From: Planctomycetota bacterium
Lineage (GTDB): Bacteria > Planctomycetota > UBA11346
Assembly: GCA_038231435.1 (NCBI GenBank)
Contig: JBBRLJ010000034.1
Location: 1 to 55,937, forward strand
DNA length: 55,937 nt
Direction of reading: 5' to 3'
Position 1 is the first letter of the stretch. Every line of letters starts with the position of its first letter. Shown here piece by piece: positions 8,124 through 18,500 of this stretch. The translations under genes and the position numbers were made by a program. The notes beneath the pieces were generated by a model, which did not search any database, was not told where the DNA came from, and saw only the letters and a list, made by a program, of their open reading frames with translations.

Positions 8124-8948
8124 TCACGAGTGCAGCAGCTTGATCAGGCAGCTGAAATCCTCGTCGCCCCAACCGCGCCGCATGCCGTGGTCGTACAGCG
8201 CCTTGAGGGTGCGCAGCGCCGGCAATTCGAGCGGCTTCGCGCTCTCGAGCGCGAGGTCGAGATCCTTGTTCATGTGCTTGAGCGAAAATTGTGGCGCGAA
8301 GTCCGCGGCCTTGAGCTTCGGTTCCTTGAGGTCAGAGATCCCGGAGCGCGACGCGTTCAGGCGCAACGCGTCGAAGAAGGTGGTGTCCGGGATCCCGGCG
8401 CGGCGGGCGAGTTCGAGGCTCTCGGCGAGCGCATGTCCGACCAGCGCGATGTTGACGTTCATCGCCAGCTTCAGCGACGAGGCGCTGCCGATCGCGCCGA
8501 CGTGCAGGATGGCCTTCGACAGGCGCGTGAGCGCCGGGCGCGCGCGTTCGAGCACCGCCGGATCGCCGCCGGCGTAGAACACCGTCTGGCGCTGTTCGGC
8601 CGCTGGCTTGCTGCCGGTGAACGGCAGGTCGAGGTACGCCGCGCCGCGCGCGGCGACTTCGGCGGCGAAGCGCGTGGTCCACGCGGCGGAGATGGTGCTC
8701 GATTGGGCGACGATCATGCCGGGGGTGAGCGCCGGCCCGATGCGTTCGAGCACCTGACCCACCGCCGGCGGATCGGCGACCACGATGATGACCAGTTCGG
8801 CGCCCGAGACCGCCTGTCGCGCGTCGGGTTCGAAACCCGGCCCTGGTTTCGGCGTGCGGTTCCACGCGCGCACCTCGTCACCGTCGGCCTGCAGATTCCG
8901 CGCCCACACGCTGCCTATGATGCCCAAGCCCAGGATCGCGATACGCAT
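8124..8948 (-). CDS. NAD(P)-dependent oxidoreductase, 3-hydroxyisobutyrate dehydrogenase family
   Basis: MRIAILGLGIIG Rossmann motif, WNRT, SSTIS, YLDLPFTGS, LKLAMN, FSLKHMNKDL. Confidence 0.9.
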   Translation of the reverse strand: MRIAILGLGIIGSVWARNLQADGDEVRAWNRTPKPGPGFEPDARQAVSGAELVIIVVADPPAVGQVLERIGPALTPGMIVAQSSTISAAWTTRFAAEVAARGAAYLDLPFTGSKPAAEQRQTVFYAGGDPAVLERARPALTRLSKAILHVGAIGSASSLKLAMNVNIALVGHALAESLELARRAGIPDTTFFDALRLNASRSGISDLKEPKLKAADFAPQFSLKHMNKDLDLALESAKPLELPALRTLKALYDHGMRRGWGDEDFSCLIKLLHS

Positions 8949-9048
8949 GACGGCCTCCGGAGCGGACCATAGCGTCTGCCGCCGCTGGGACAGCGCGAGA
9001 GGCGTCCGCGCCGTTGCCGTCCGCGCCTCGCTTCCAGGATGTGCGCGC

Positions 9049-10374
9049 ATGCCGCCGATCGAGACCATCGCGAAGCCGATGCCCGGCACGGGCCCGGGGG
9101 CTGCACCATCAACCGAAGTCGACATCCAGCGCGTCTACGATCGTGCGGCTCGGCGCCTCCTGCCATTCTTGTTCATCTGCTACGTCGCGAACCACCTCGA
9201 CCGCGCCAACCTCGCCTTCCTCAAGACGCCCCTGAAGGCCATCGGCATGGACGATGCCGCGTTCGCGCTCGCGGTGGGCTGCTTCTATCTCGGCTATGCG
9301 CTGTTCGAGATACCCAGCAACCTGGTGCTCGCCCGCGTCGGCGCGCGGCGCTGGATCGCGCGCATCATGATCAGCTGGGGTCTGGTCGCCTCGGCGATGG
9401 CACTGGTAGCGACGATCGCGCAGTACAACGGCCTGCGTTTCCTGCTCGGCGCCGCCGAGGCCGGCTTCTATCCCGGCGTCATCCTCTACCTGACGCGCTG
9501 GTTCCCGCCCGAGCGGCGCGCGCGCGCGACGGCACTGTTCCTGACCTCGATCCCGCTCGCCTCGGTGATCAGCGGCCCGCTCACCAGCGAGTTGCTGCGG
9601 CTCGATGGTGCCGCGGGTCTTTCGGGCTGGCGCTGGGTGCTGCTGCTCGAGGGCCTGCCGCCGATCGTGCTCGGCATCGCGGTGCTGCGCTGGCTCCCCG
9701 ATGGGCCGGGCGACGCCCGGTGGCTGGCGCCGGCCGAGCGGGCGGCGGTGCTCGCCGACCTTTCGCCGGCCGCGGATGACGAGCATTCCTTCGTACGCAG
9801 CCTGCGCGACCCACGGCTGTGGATGCTGAGCGGGCTGTACTTCCTGCTGGTGATCGGGCTCTATGGCGTGACCAACTGGCTGCCGCCGATCATCCGCTCG
9901 CAGCCGTTCCTGGCCCACGCGCCGGAGCAGGCGATCGGCTGGCTGGTGGCGGTGCCGTTCGCCTGCGCCGCGGTGGCGATGGTGCTGGTGGCGCGCTCAT
10001 CGGATCGACGCGGCGAGCGGCGCTGGCATACCGCCGCGACTGCGGGGGTGGCGGCGGCGGCGCTGGCCATGGCCGCATGCGTCCCGCAGTCGCAGGCGCT
10101 GCTGATGATAGCGCTGAGCATCGCCTGCATGGGTGTCTTCGCCACGCTCGGACCGTTCTGGGGACTGGCCACCTCGGTGACGCGTGGCCGCGCCAGCGCC
10201 GGCGGCATCGCGCTGATCAACTCCATCGGTTGCCTGGGCGGGTACGCGGGGCCGGTGCTGTTCGAACGACTCGGGCGGCTGCACGGGCCGGTCCACGCCG
10301 GATACCTCGGTCTGGCGGCGTCGCTGGCGTTGCTGGCGATCACGGTGCCGCTGGTGCGGGCGCGCGGTAGATGA
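9049..10374 (+). CDS. MFS transporter (ACS family, organic/sugar acid)
   Basis: RRLLPFLFICY...LDRANL, FEIPSNL..RVGARRWIARIM, RFLLGAAEAGFYPG; about 12 hydrophobic segments. Confidence 0.92.
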   Translation: MPPIETIAKPMPGTGPGAAPSTEVDIQRVYDRAARRLLPFLFICYVANHLDRANLAFLKTPLKAIGMDDAAFALAVGCFYLGYALFEIPSNLVLARVGARRWIARIMISWGLVASAMALVATIAQYNGLRFLLGAAEAGFYPGVILYLTRWFPPERRARATALFLTSIPLASVISGPLTSELLRLDGAAGLSGWRWVLLLEGLPPIVLGIAVLRWLPDGPGDARWLAPAERAAVLADLSPAADDEHSFVRSLRDPRLWMLSGLYFLLVIGLYGVTNWLPPIIRSQPFLAHAPEQAIGWLVAVPFACAAVAMVLVARSSDRRGERRWHTAATAGVAAAALAMAACVPQSQALLMIALSIACMGVFATLGPFWGLATSVTRGRASAGGIALINSIGCLGGYAGPVLFERLGRLHGPVHAGYLGLAASLALLAITVPLVRARGR

Positions 10375-10398
10375 CGGGTGGATGTGGATAGCGGCGGT

Positions 10399-10478
10399 GA
10401 GGGTTCGAGGGCTCGAAGGTGGGAAGGCTCGAAGGTAAGAAGATAAGAAGGTAAGAAAGCTTGAAGGCGCGAGGGCGG
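10399..10478 (+). repeat. Ten degenerate 8-nt GA-rich tandem units
   Basis: gagggttc gagggctc gaaggtgg gaaggctc gaaggtaa gaagataa gaaggtaa gaaagctt gaaggcgc gagggcgg. Confidence 0.8.
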
Positions 10479-10531
10479 CCGGACGGCACGTCATGTGTGG
10501 GCGTTCTCCCCAGTGGCGTGATTGTCGCGAT

Positions 10532-10601
10532 CGGCATCGGCGTCAAGGCCGGGCCGCGGTGGCCGCGGTGGGCGGGGCGCCCAGCCTTGACTCCGATGCC
10601 G
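10532..10601 (+). promoter_or_regulatory. Leader hairpin with GTCAAGGC/GCCTTGAC stem upstream of four-helix-bundle gene 1
   Basis: CGGCATCGG-c-GTCAAGGC (10532-10549) pairs with GCCTTGAC-t-CCGATGCCG (10584-10601). Confidence 0.6.
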
Positions 10602-10628
10602 TGCGTGGTGGGGCGCAAGGAGAACGAC

Positions 10629-10976
10629 ATGCAGAGATTCGAGGATTTGGGCGTGTGGCAGCGGGCGGCGGGGTTGGCGGAGAGGATTCGGCAAGAGCGG
10701 GGACTGCAGCGCAGCGGCGATGGATTGCGCAGACAGATCCGTCGGGCGGCGACATCGATCGTCTACAACATTGCTGAAGGACATGGCCGCTCGTGCGATG
10801 GCGATTTCCATCGCTTCCTGGCGATCGCGGGCGGTTCGTGCGCCGAAGTGCAGGCGCAATTGCGCATGGCGCTCAACGCAGGCCTCATTGCCCGCGATCG
10901 TTTCATCGCGTTGCTCGACGAAGCGATCGCGATCGGTTTCATGATCCGCAATCTACGACGGCGTCTGACCGGGTGA
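10629..10976 (+). CDS. Four helix bundle protein (23S rRNA IVS-protein / bAvd-like family)
   Basis: FEDLGVWQRA...QIRRAATSIVYNIAEG.GR....F.RFL.IA.GS..E...QL; AAGGAG RBS. Confidence 0.9.
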   Translation: MQRFEDLGVWQRAAGLAERIRQERGLQRSGDGLRRQIRRAATSIVYNIAEGHGRSCDGDFHRFLAIAGGSCAEVQAQLRMALNAGLIARDRFIALLDEAIAIGFMIRNLRRRLTG

Positions 10977-11026
10977 GTCGAGAGGCGCGGCAGCCACCGC
11001 ACGCCCTCTGGGCGTGCATGTCCGGA

Positions 11027-11368
11027 TCACGACGCCCAGCGTCGCCGAAGGGCGCCGAGCATCCAACCGATCTGCTGGGCGGTGTCGATGAGGTCGAGGA
11101 AGGCTTCGCGGTCGATGTACCCGCAGGCATACGCGCGACGCAGCTGGCACTGCGCTTCCGCGCAGGAACCATTCGCGATCGCGAGGAAGTGCGCGAACTG
11201 CGGAGCGCTACCGCGCTCAGAGCCTTCGGCGATGTTGTCCGGAATCGATGCCGCTGACCGCTGCAACTGCGACGCCGCATCCGCCCGCATCCGCCGCGTC
11301 ACGATGTCCACCGCGATCGCGAAATCCTGCGCCTTCTGCCACACGATGAGTCTTTCGAACCGAGCCAT
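11027..11368 (-). CDS. Four helix bundle protein (second paralogue, convergent)
   Basis: FERLIVWQKA...QLQRSAASIPDNIAEGSER....F.HFLAIANGSCAE..CQL; AAGGAG RBS. Confidence 0.9.
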   Translation of the reverse strand: MARFERLIVWQKAQDFAIAVDIVTRRMRADAASQLQRSAASIPDNIAEGSERGSAPQFAHFLAIANGSCAEAQCQLRRAYACGYIDREAFLDLIDTAQQIGWMLGALRRRWAS

Positions 11369-11412
11369 GGTTGTGCTCTCCTTCGCAAAAAACCCAGCGA
11401 AGGAGCGCAGCT

Positions 11413-11472
11413 GTCAAGGCTGCGAACCGCGGTTCCTCCGCGGCGATCGGCGCCCCGACGATCGGCCTTGAC
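11413..11472 (-). promoter_or_regulatory. Leader hairpin with GTCAAGGC/GCCTTGAC stem upstream of four-helix-bundle gene 2
   Basis: GTCAAGGC 11413-11420 and GCCTTGAC 11465-11472, the same 8-bp stem as upstream of gene 1. Confidence 0.6.
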
Positions 11473-11528
11473 TGCGAGCACGTTCGCTACGATCGCGAAT
11501 TCGAGGAGAGCCCCACAGAAACCGCGCC

Positions 11529-11580
11529 TCCTCTATGTCCTCTTCCCTCTTCCCTCTTCCCCCCACTCCTCTTCCCTCTC
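11529..11580 (-). repeat. GA-rich 7-nt tandem repeat (GAAGAGG x4 plus degenerate units)
   Basis: Plus strand reads cctcttc-cctcttc-cctcttc...cctcttc; purine-rich on the sense strand of gene 2. Confidence 0.75.
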
Positions 11581-11820
11581 GCTCGCTCACGCATCCCTCG
11601 GCCAATCCCTCGATATCCAGCCGTTCGCCGATCCTGCCAGCATCGGCGGTGCCGCGCGCGAATAGCGTCGGATCGTGTGCTTTGGGCGTCACGTGGCGTC
11701 ATCAGGGGAATGGGGCGCGTGCCGACGCAGACAGGGTCGCATGCCGGGAGAGAGATCCCCGCGATGGGGCCGGCGATACAATCAGGGCTGGAGGGCGCCC
11801 ACCGGCGCCGCACACACACC

Positions 11821-12708
11821 ATGAGCACGACCCGCACCGGTTCCTTCCCCATCGGCTTCCGTCGCGGTTGGAGCGACTGGCAGAAGGATCTCGACGGCCT
11901 GATCCGCTTCGCCAAGACCAGCGGCTTCGAGGCCATCGACGTCGGTCCGTTGCCGAAGGCCGAGCTCGAGCGCATCGTCGCCGGTGGGCTGAAGATCGGC
12001 ACCATCGACCTGATCGGCCCCTGGTCCGACCTCGCCTCCTCCGACGCCGGCAAGCGCGCCGCCGCGGCCACCAAGAACGCCGAGTACGTGGCGTCGGTGG
12101 CGCACTTGTGCGCGAACTTCTTCACTGTGATCATCCCCGAGGACCACGCGCGCAAGCGCGCCGAGAACTTCAAGCTCGCGGTCGAGGGCTACGGCCAGCT
12201 GTGCGCCGCCATGGTGGCGAGCAAGACCCGCATCGTCATCGAGGGCTGGCCCGGCGGCGATCCGCACCTGAGTTCGCTGGCCTGCTCGCCCGCCGACTAC
12301 CGCGCCTTCCTCAAGGAGCTGCCCGCGGCGAGCGCGTGCATCAACTTCGATCCGTCGCACCTGGTGCGCATGGGCGTCGACCCGGTACGCTTCCTCGGCG
12401 AGTTCGCGCCGCGCGTGCGCCACGTGCATGCCAAGGACACCGAGATCTCGCCTGAGGACCTCTACGAACACGGCTGGTCGCAGCCCGCCACCTTCGCCAA
12501 GGGCCACGGCTTCGGCGGCACCTACTGGCGCTACACCATTCCCGGGCATGGCCAGATCCGCTGGTCGCGTTGCTTCGACCTGCTCAAGCAGGCCGGATAC
12601 GCCGGCATGGTCTCGATCGAGCTCGAGGACGAGAATTTCAACGACAACACCGCCGCGGGAGAGCAGCGCGGCTTGACCGCTGGCCGGGATTTCCTGATCT
12701 CCGCCTGA
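11821..12708 (+). CDS. Sugar phosphate isomerase/epimerase (xylose isomerase-like TIM barrel)
   Basis: IVIEGW, INFDPSHL, HVHAKDT, IPGHGQIRW, VSIELED metal-binding motifs. Confidence 0.88.
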   Translation: MSTTRTGSFPIGFRRGWSDWQKDLDGLIRFAKTSGFEAIDVGPLPKAELERIVAGGLKIGTIDLIGPWSDLASSDAGKRAAAATKNAEYVASVAHLCANFFTVIIPEDHARKRAENFKLAVEGYGQLCAAMVASKTRIVIEGWPGGDPHLSSLACSPADYRAFLKELPAASACINFDPSHLVRMGVDPVRFLGEFAPRVRHVHAKDTEISPEDLYEHGWSQPATFAKGHGFGGTYWRYTIPGHGQIRWSRCFDLLKQAGYAGMVSIELEDENFNDNTAAGEQRGLTAGRDFLISA

Positions 12709-12818
12709 GCATGCGATGATGGAGGCTGCCGCCAGGGAGTCGGAATAGCGGGAGCCCGATTCCCGCTCGCTCCACGCTCCTTGAGCGGGACGGGCGGGAC
12801 GCCACGCTTCTGGTTACA

Positions 12819-14528
12819 ATGCCTACGCGCGTCCTGAAAACCTGGCTGGCTTCTTCCCTCGAACGCATCTATCCGGCGAGCGCGCCGCGCGCTCGTGCCC
12901 GTCTCGCGCTGGATGCCGCGCGCGGTGAGCGGGTCTCGTTCCAGGTGGCGGTACGCAACGGTGCTTTGGCGCTCAAGACGGTCGCGCTCGAGCTGCTCGC
13001 TTCCGGAGGGATCGCCACGCGTGTGCGTCGCGTCGGCTACGTGCCGGTTGCGCACCTGAACCCCGACACTCCGCTCGCCGAACTGGAGGGGGCGGCGAGC
13101 ATCCCAGGCTTGGTCCCGGATCCGTTGTTCGACGAGACCCAGGTCATGCTCGGAGGCCACGAGACCCACGCCTTCTGGTGCACGCTGACGGTGCCGGCCG
13201 AGGCCACGGCGGGCACCCACCGCATCGTGGCGAGGTTGTCGCTCGCAGGAGGCGCGGCGGAGCCCCTGGGGCAGCTCGAAGTCACGGTGACCGTCCATGC
13301 GCTGACCCTCGAGCCGCGGCGCGATTTTCCGATCATGCAGTGGTTCTACGCCGACGCCCTGTGCGACCACTACCGCGTGGAGCCCTTCACGGAGACGTTC
13401 TGGGGGATCCTGCGTCCGTATCTGCGCAATCTGGTCGAGCACTTCCAGGACACGGTGTACACGCCGGTGTTCACCCCGCCGCTCGACGGAGTGAAGCGGC
13501 CGACGCAGCTGCTCGGGGTGCGCCGACAGGAGGACCGCTATCGATTCGACTGGTCGATGGTGAAGCGCTGGGTCGATCTCGCGCGCGAGGTCGGCATCAC
13601 GCGCTTCGAGTGGACCCATCTATTCACCCAGTGGGGCGCGCGCCACGCGATCCGCATCTACGAGGGAGGGGGCGTCGCGGGAACCGGCGAGCTGCTGTGG
13701 GATCCGGAAACCGCGGCGACATCGCCGACCTATCGCGCGTTCCTCGCGCAGTTCCTGCCGGAGTTCGCGTCGTTCCTCGACCGCGAGAGGCTGCTCGGGG
13801 CGTCCTTTTTCCACATCTCCGACGAGCCGAGCGGCGATCACGTCGGGCCCTACCGCCAGGCGCGCGGGCTGATCCGCGAGTTGGCGCCATGGATGACCAC
13901 CATCGATGCATTGTCGCACGTCGAGTACGCCCGAGAGGGGCTCGTCGATCTGCCGGTGGCAGTGATCGATCGCTATCAGGAATTCGTTGACGCGGGGGTG
14001 GCCTGCGGCGCGTATTTCTGTTGCCAGCCGCGCGGGGCGTTCCTCAACCGATTCATGGATACGCCGTTGGCGAAGATCCGCATGAGCGGCTGGCTGTTCT
14101 TCCGTTTCCAGCCACGGCTGTTCCTGCACTGGGGCTACAATTTCTGGCACACCCGCGATTCGCGCCGGCTCATCGACCCGTTCGCCACCAGCGACGCCGG
14201 CAACTGGCCGAATTGGAGCTATGGGGATCCGTTCTGCGTCTATCCAGGCGAGCACGGCCCGATCGATTCCATCCGCTGGGAGGTGTTCGCCGAGTCGATG
14301 CAGGATTTCGCGCTCTTGCAGACCGTCGGCGCCGACCCCGCCGGCCGTCCGCTCGCGGCCCTGCGCGGCTTCGGCGATTTTCCCAAGCAGGCGACCTGGA
14401 TCGTTTCCGCGCGGCGGCGTCTGCTTACCGCCGCCGTGGCAGGAGGTGCCACGGGCCTCGCGCGCTCCAAGCGCCGGACCAAGCCTGCGGCGCGGCGTGG
14501 CGCGCGCAAAATGCCAAGCGGGAGATAG
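12819..14528 (+). CDS. DUF4091-domain protein (GH123-like putative glycoside hydrolase)
   Basis: ARGERVSFQV, HISDEP, YFCCQP..FLNRF, FLHWGYNFW, GDPFCVYPG...SIRWE. Confidence 0.8.
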   Translation: MPTRVLKTWLASSLERIYPASAPRARARLALDAARGERVSFQVAVRNGALALKTVALELLASGGIATRVRRVGYVPVAHLNPDTPLAELEGAASIPGLVPDPLFDETQVMLGGHETHAFWCTLTVPAEATAGTHRIVARLSLAGGAAEPLGQLEVTVTVHALTLEPRRDFPIMQWFYADALCDHYRVEPFTETFWGILRPYLRNLVEHFQDTVYTPVFTPPLDGVKRPTQLLGVRRQEDRYRFDWSMVKRWVDLAREVGITRFEWTHLFTQWGARHAIRIYEGGGVAGTGELLWDPETAATSPTYRAFLAQFLPEFASFLDRERLLGASFFHISDEPSGDHVGPYRQARGLIRELAPWMTTIDALSHVEYAREGLVDLPVAVIDRYQEFVDAGVACGAYFCCQPRGAFLNRFMDTPLAKIRMSGWLFFRFQPRLFLHWGYNFWHTRDSRRLIDPFATSDAGNWPNWSYGDPFCVYPGEHGPIDSIRWEVFAESMQDFALLQTVGADPAGRPLAALRGFGDFPKQATWIVSARRRLLTAAVAGGATGLARSKRRTKPAARRGARKMPSGR

Positions 14529-14585
14529 CCTCGCGCCAGTCCGCTTGACGATGGATATGACGCCTCGGGAGGTGACGATGACGGC

Positions 14586-15410
14586 ATGAAGCCACCCGCC
14601 ATCGCTGTCGCCGTCGTCCTCGCTTCCGGATGCGCCGTGCTCGGTGCCTGTTCGCAGCGGCAGCACCCGGTGGTCGAAGCGACAGTCGAGCCTGCTGCGT
14701 CGCTCGTCGGACAGACCCCACAGCAGGCGGCCCCCGCCGTGGTCAGTCCCGTTCCCGCGGCGAATCCTGCGGTAGATGCTGCGACGCAGCCGGATCCTCC
14801 GCCGATGCGGGTGATGCTCGCCGACTCGGCACTGCGTCGCGACGCGCTGCGCGCCGTCCTCGACCAGGAGGTTCCGCCCGCGGATCCAGGACGGATCACC
14901 TGGGCGGCAGAGGCGTCAGGCGCCGCGTTCGAGGCTCGCGACTACGTGCGTGCCGAAGCGCTGCTGCGCGAGATCGGCGCGGCCATGCCGGACAATGCCA
15001 TGGTCACCGCCAACCTCTCGGTGAGTCTCGGCAAGCAGGGCCGCTACCTCGAGGCGCTTGCTGAAGCCGATCGGGCGTTGACCCTGCCGGAGGTCGACGC
15101 GATGCACGCGCACGCGGTACGCGCCAGCTGGCTTTGGCATCTCGGCCGAAGGGAGGAAGGGCGAGCAGCCTTCGCCGCCATCCCCGTGCCCGCCACCACT
15201 GACGACCCCTACGAGATGTACCAGGGCTGTCGCGCCTGTTTCGCGGCCAGCTCCCACGACCTGCCCACCTTGCGCGAGAGCATCGGCATCCTCAAGAGCC
15301 TCGCCGGACAGTCCTTCGATTTCGTCCGCGGCGATGTCATCTTCGATCAGTACCGCGCCGAGTCGTGGTTCGTCGATCTCGTCGGAGAGACGCTGTCGCC
15401 GGATCTCTGA
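14586..15410 (+). CDS. Putative lipoprotein with TPR-like repeats
   Basis: Hydrophobic N-terminus with LASGC/LGAC lipobox; ANLSVSLGKQGRYLEALAEADRAL. Confidence 0.65.
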   Translation: MKPPAIAVAVVLASGCAVLGACSQRQHPVVEATVEPAASLVGQTPQQAAPAVVSPVPAANPAVDAATQPDPPPMRVMLADSALRRDALRAVLDQEVPPADPGRITWAAEASGAAFEARDYVRAEALLREIGAAMPDNAMVTANLSVSLGKQGRYLEALAEADRALTLPEVDAMHAHAVRASWLWHLGRREEGRAAFAAIPVPATTDDPYEMYQGCRACFAASSHDLPTLRESIGILKSLAGQSFDFVRGDVIFDQYRAESWFVDLVGETLSPDL

Positions 15411-15584
15411 GCGGCTCGTCGTCGTGCGCTGCGCGCGGACTCCGGGCAGGAGGTCACAGGTGGCTGAAGCGAGCGTTTGATACGTTTTCATGAGGTGATC
15501 CGAGGCTCTCCGAGCGGAGCTGGTGCGGGCGTCCGAGGCATGTACACCTGCCACCCCGCCCGCTCAGCAGTCAGGAACGCCATC

Positions 15585-18500
15585 ATGCCCATCTTCGATC
15601 GTCTCCGCTCCATCGATCGCATCTGCGCCTTGGTCGCTCTCGCCACGCTGGCGTATGCGCTCGCCGCTGGTGCCGTGCAGGCGGCCGACTTCGCCTGGAT
15701 CGAGGCCGAGACGCCCACCAGCGCGCCGCCGGCGGAGCTTGGCTACGAAGCCAAGGCTTGGGGCAACGCCTCCATCATGTCGGGCGGCAAGGTGCTCCAG
15801 CTCTCGGTGCCCGAAGGCGAGGGTGAGAAGAAGCTGGGCAAGGACGGCGCGGTCTTCTCGTACGACTTCACGCTCGATGGCGCGGGCAAGCACCAGGCCT
15901 GGGCGCGCATCGGGTTCGAATGGGTGCGCTCGGATTTCGATTGGCGCATCGACTCCGGCGAGTGGAAGACCCTGAAGCCCAGCGAGCCGACCTGCGATCT
16001 GCAGTTGATCCAGGATTGGAACGAGCTGGCGTGGATCATGCTCGGCGAGCAGGAGCTCACCGCCGGCAAGCATTCGCTGCAGATCCGCCATCTTCCGCAG
16101 ACCCGACAGGACAAGGACAAGACGGTCCCAGCGCGCAACCTGCACATCTCCGACTGCTTCTGCATCAGCAAGGGGCCATTCCGTCCGAACGGCCGCTTCA
16201 AGCCCGGCGAGGATCATCAGGCGGAGCCGGACAAGGCCGCGGCCGCCAAGGTCTTCGAGGTCGCGCTCGGCGCCAAGCCCGAGGAGCGCGCCTCGCTCGA
16301 GCTCAGCGGAGCGTGGCAGTTCGCGCGTTGGGACGAGGCCACGGTGAAGGAGGAGGAGCGTCTGCAGCCCGCCGAGGCGTTGCCGCAGGAGTTGGATGCG
16401 CTGCCGTGGTTCGGCATCGAACTGCCCGGTGACCGCGACCATCGCCGCCCCGAGTTCTCGATGGCGCACCGCTACATCTACCGCACCAGGGTGAAGATCC
16501 CAGCCGAGGCCAAGGGGCGTGGATTCTTCCTCGATTTCCAGAATTTCAGCATGGTGGCGACGGTGTTCGTCAACGGCCAGCGCTGCGGCTGGAGCAAGGC
16601 CTGCTCGACCTCTTGGCAGTGCGACATCACTCCCGCGGTGAAAGCGGGCGAAATCAACGCGCTCGCGGTGGTGTTCAAGGATTGCTACTACGCGATCCAG
16701 GACACCAAGGACGACACGCGGCACTTCTTCAACCTGCCCCACGGTTTCCTTGGCAATCAGGGCGTCAGCATGAAATTCGACATGCCGATCTGCTGGGACA
16801 CGCGTACCGGCATCCTCGATCCGGTGTCGCTGGTGGTGGCCGGCGCTGCGTATGCCAGCGATGTCTTCGCCAAGCCGTCGGTGAAGCGCAAGGAGCTCGG
16901 ACTGGAGGTCACCCTGCGCAATCCCAGCGCCGCCGAGATCACGGCCATGGTCGAGAACGAAGCCGGCGCCATGACCAGCGGGGCTGCTCCTGAGAAGACC
17001 TTCAAGCCCCAATCGGTGACCATCCCCGCCCACGGCGAGAAGACCATCGCCATCGCCGAGCCATTCGAGAAGCCGCGCCTGTGGTGGCCGAGCGATCCGC
17101 AACTCTACACGGTGACCACGAAGGTGTCGATCGGCGGCAAGCCGGTCGACGTGCGCCAGACGCGCTTCGGGTTCCGCGAATGGGAATGGGACAGCTCAAT
17201 GTTCAAGCTCAACGGCGTGAAGTGGCAGCTGCGCGCCGACATCGAGTACGGGGCATCCCCCCAGGCGTTCGTCGAGTCAGCGCGCAAGACTGGCCAGAAC
17301 ATGATGCGCTACTGGTTCGCCGCAGGCTGGGCTGGGATGAACCGCCGGCAGGTGCTCGACTATTTCGACGAGCAGGGCATGTGCGTGCGCAACAGCGGCA
17401 TCTTCGACGGCGAGGGTGCGAATTACGGCCTGGTCGTCAACGACGGTGGTCGCAACGTGGCGCGCAAACCGCTCTTCGACAACTGGATCGAACAGCTCAA
17501 GGCGTGGGTGCGCACCGAGCGCAACCATCCCTCGGTGTTCGTGTGGTCGATCGAGAACGAGATCACCTACATCAACTCCTGCAATCTCGGTCTCGCCGAC
17601 ATCGTCGAGCCCGAGATCCAGCGCGGTGCCGACGAGGTGATGGCGATCGATCCCACCCGTCCGGCAATGGAGGACGGTGGGCGCGCGCTCAAGAAGGGCA
17701 CCATGCCGATCAACGGCTGCCACTACAACGACGGCATCCGCGCCTTCCGCGAATATCCGGATGCCGCCTACGACACCGCCTACTGGTACCAGCACATCGA
17801 GCGCGAACACTGGCCGATGGTGCCGAACCGCCCGGTGTTCCACGGCGAATGCTTCTTCGCCAACGGCTATACCCCGGCGCAATTCGCCGATCTCGATGGC
17901 GACCGCTGCTACATCGGCATGTCCGAGACCGCGCACGCCCAGGGCCTCTACGGCAAGATGCTCTCCGAAGGCTGGCGCTGGAGCGGCGTCGCGGCATTCC
18001 AGTTCTGGGCCGGGCACGCCGATGGTTCGGTGTTCAACGCCTGGCAGCCGGTGTGCGTGCTGTGTCGCGAGTGGAACTGGACCTTCGGCGGCGGCTCCGA
18101 GATCACGCGCACGCTCAAGGTGCTCAACGACACCAACGCCGCTGGCGCGATCGAGATGGGCTGGGCGCTGACCGTGGGCGGCAAACCGGTCGCCGGCAAG
18201 AAGCAGACCTTCGATGTCCCCGCTGGCGAGACCCATGACGTGGCCATCTCCTTCAACATCCCGAAGGTGTCGGAGCGCACCCCGGGCGAGCTGGTGCTCA
18301 CCTGCTCGCGCGACGGCAAGGAGGTCTTCCGCGAGATCAAGAAGCTGATCGTCATCGACGCCGACGCTGGACCCAAGCCGAAGTTCGCCAAGGGCGAGCT
18401 CGTGGTCATCGATCCTGCCGGCACGGTGAAGGCGCGCCTGAAGAAACGCGGCATCGACTTCGTCGAGGCGGCGTCGGCCGAGGCCGTGCCGGCGTCCGCC

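Noticed and set aside
10629..11368. Diversity-generating retroelement or 23S rRNA intervening sequence
   Set aside because: No reverse transcriptase, no TR/VR pair with adenine-specific mismatches, and no rRNA sequence in the window.
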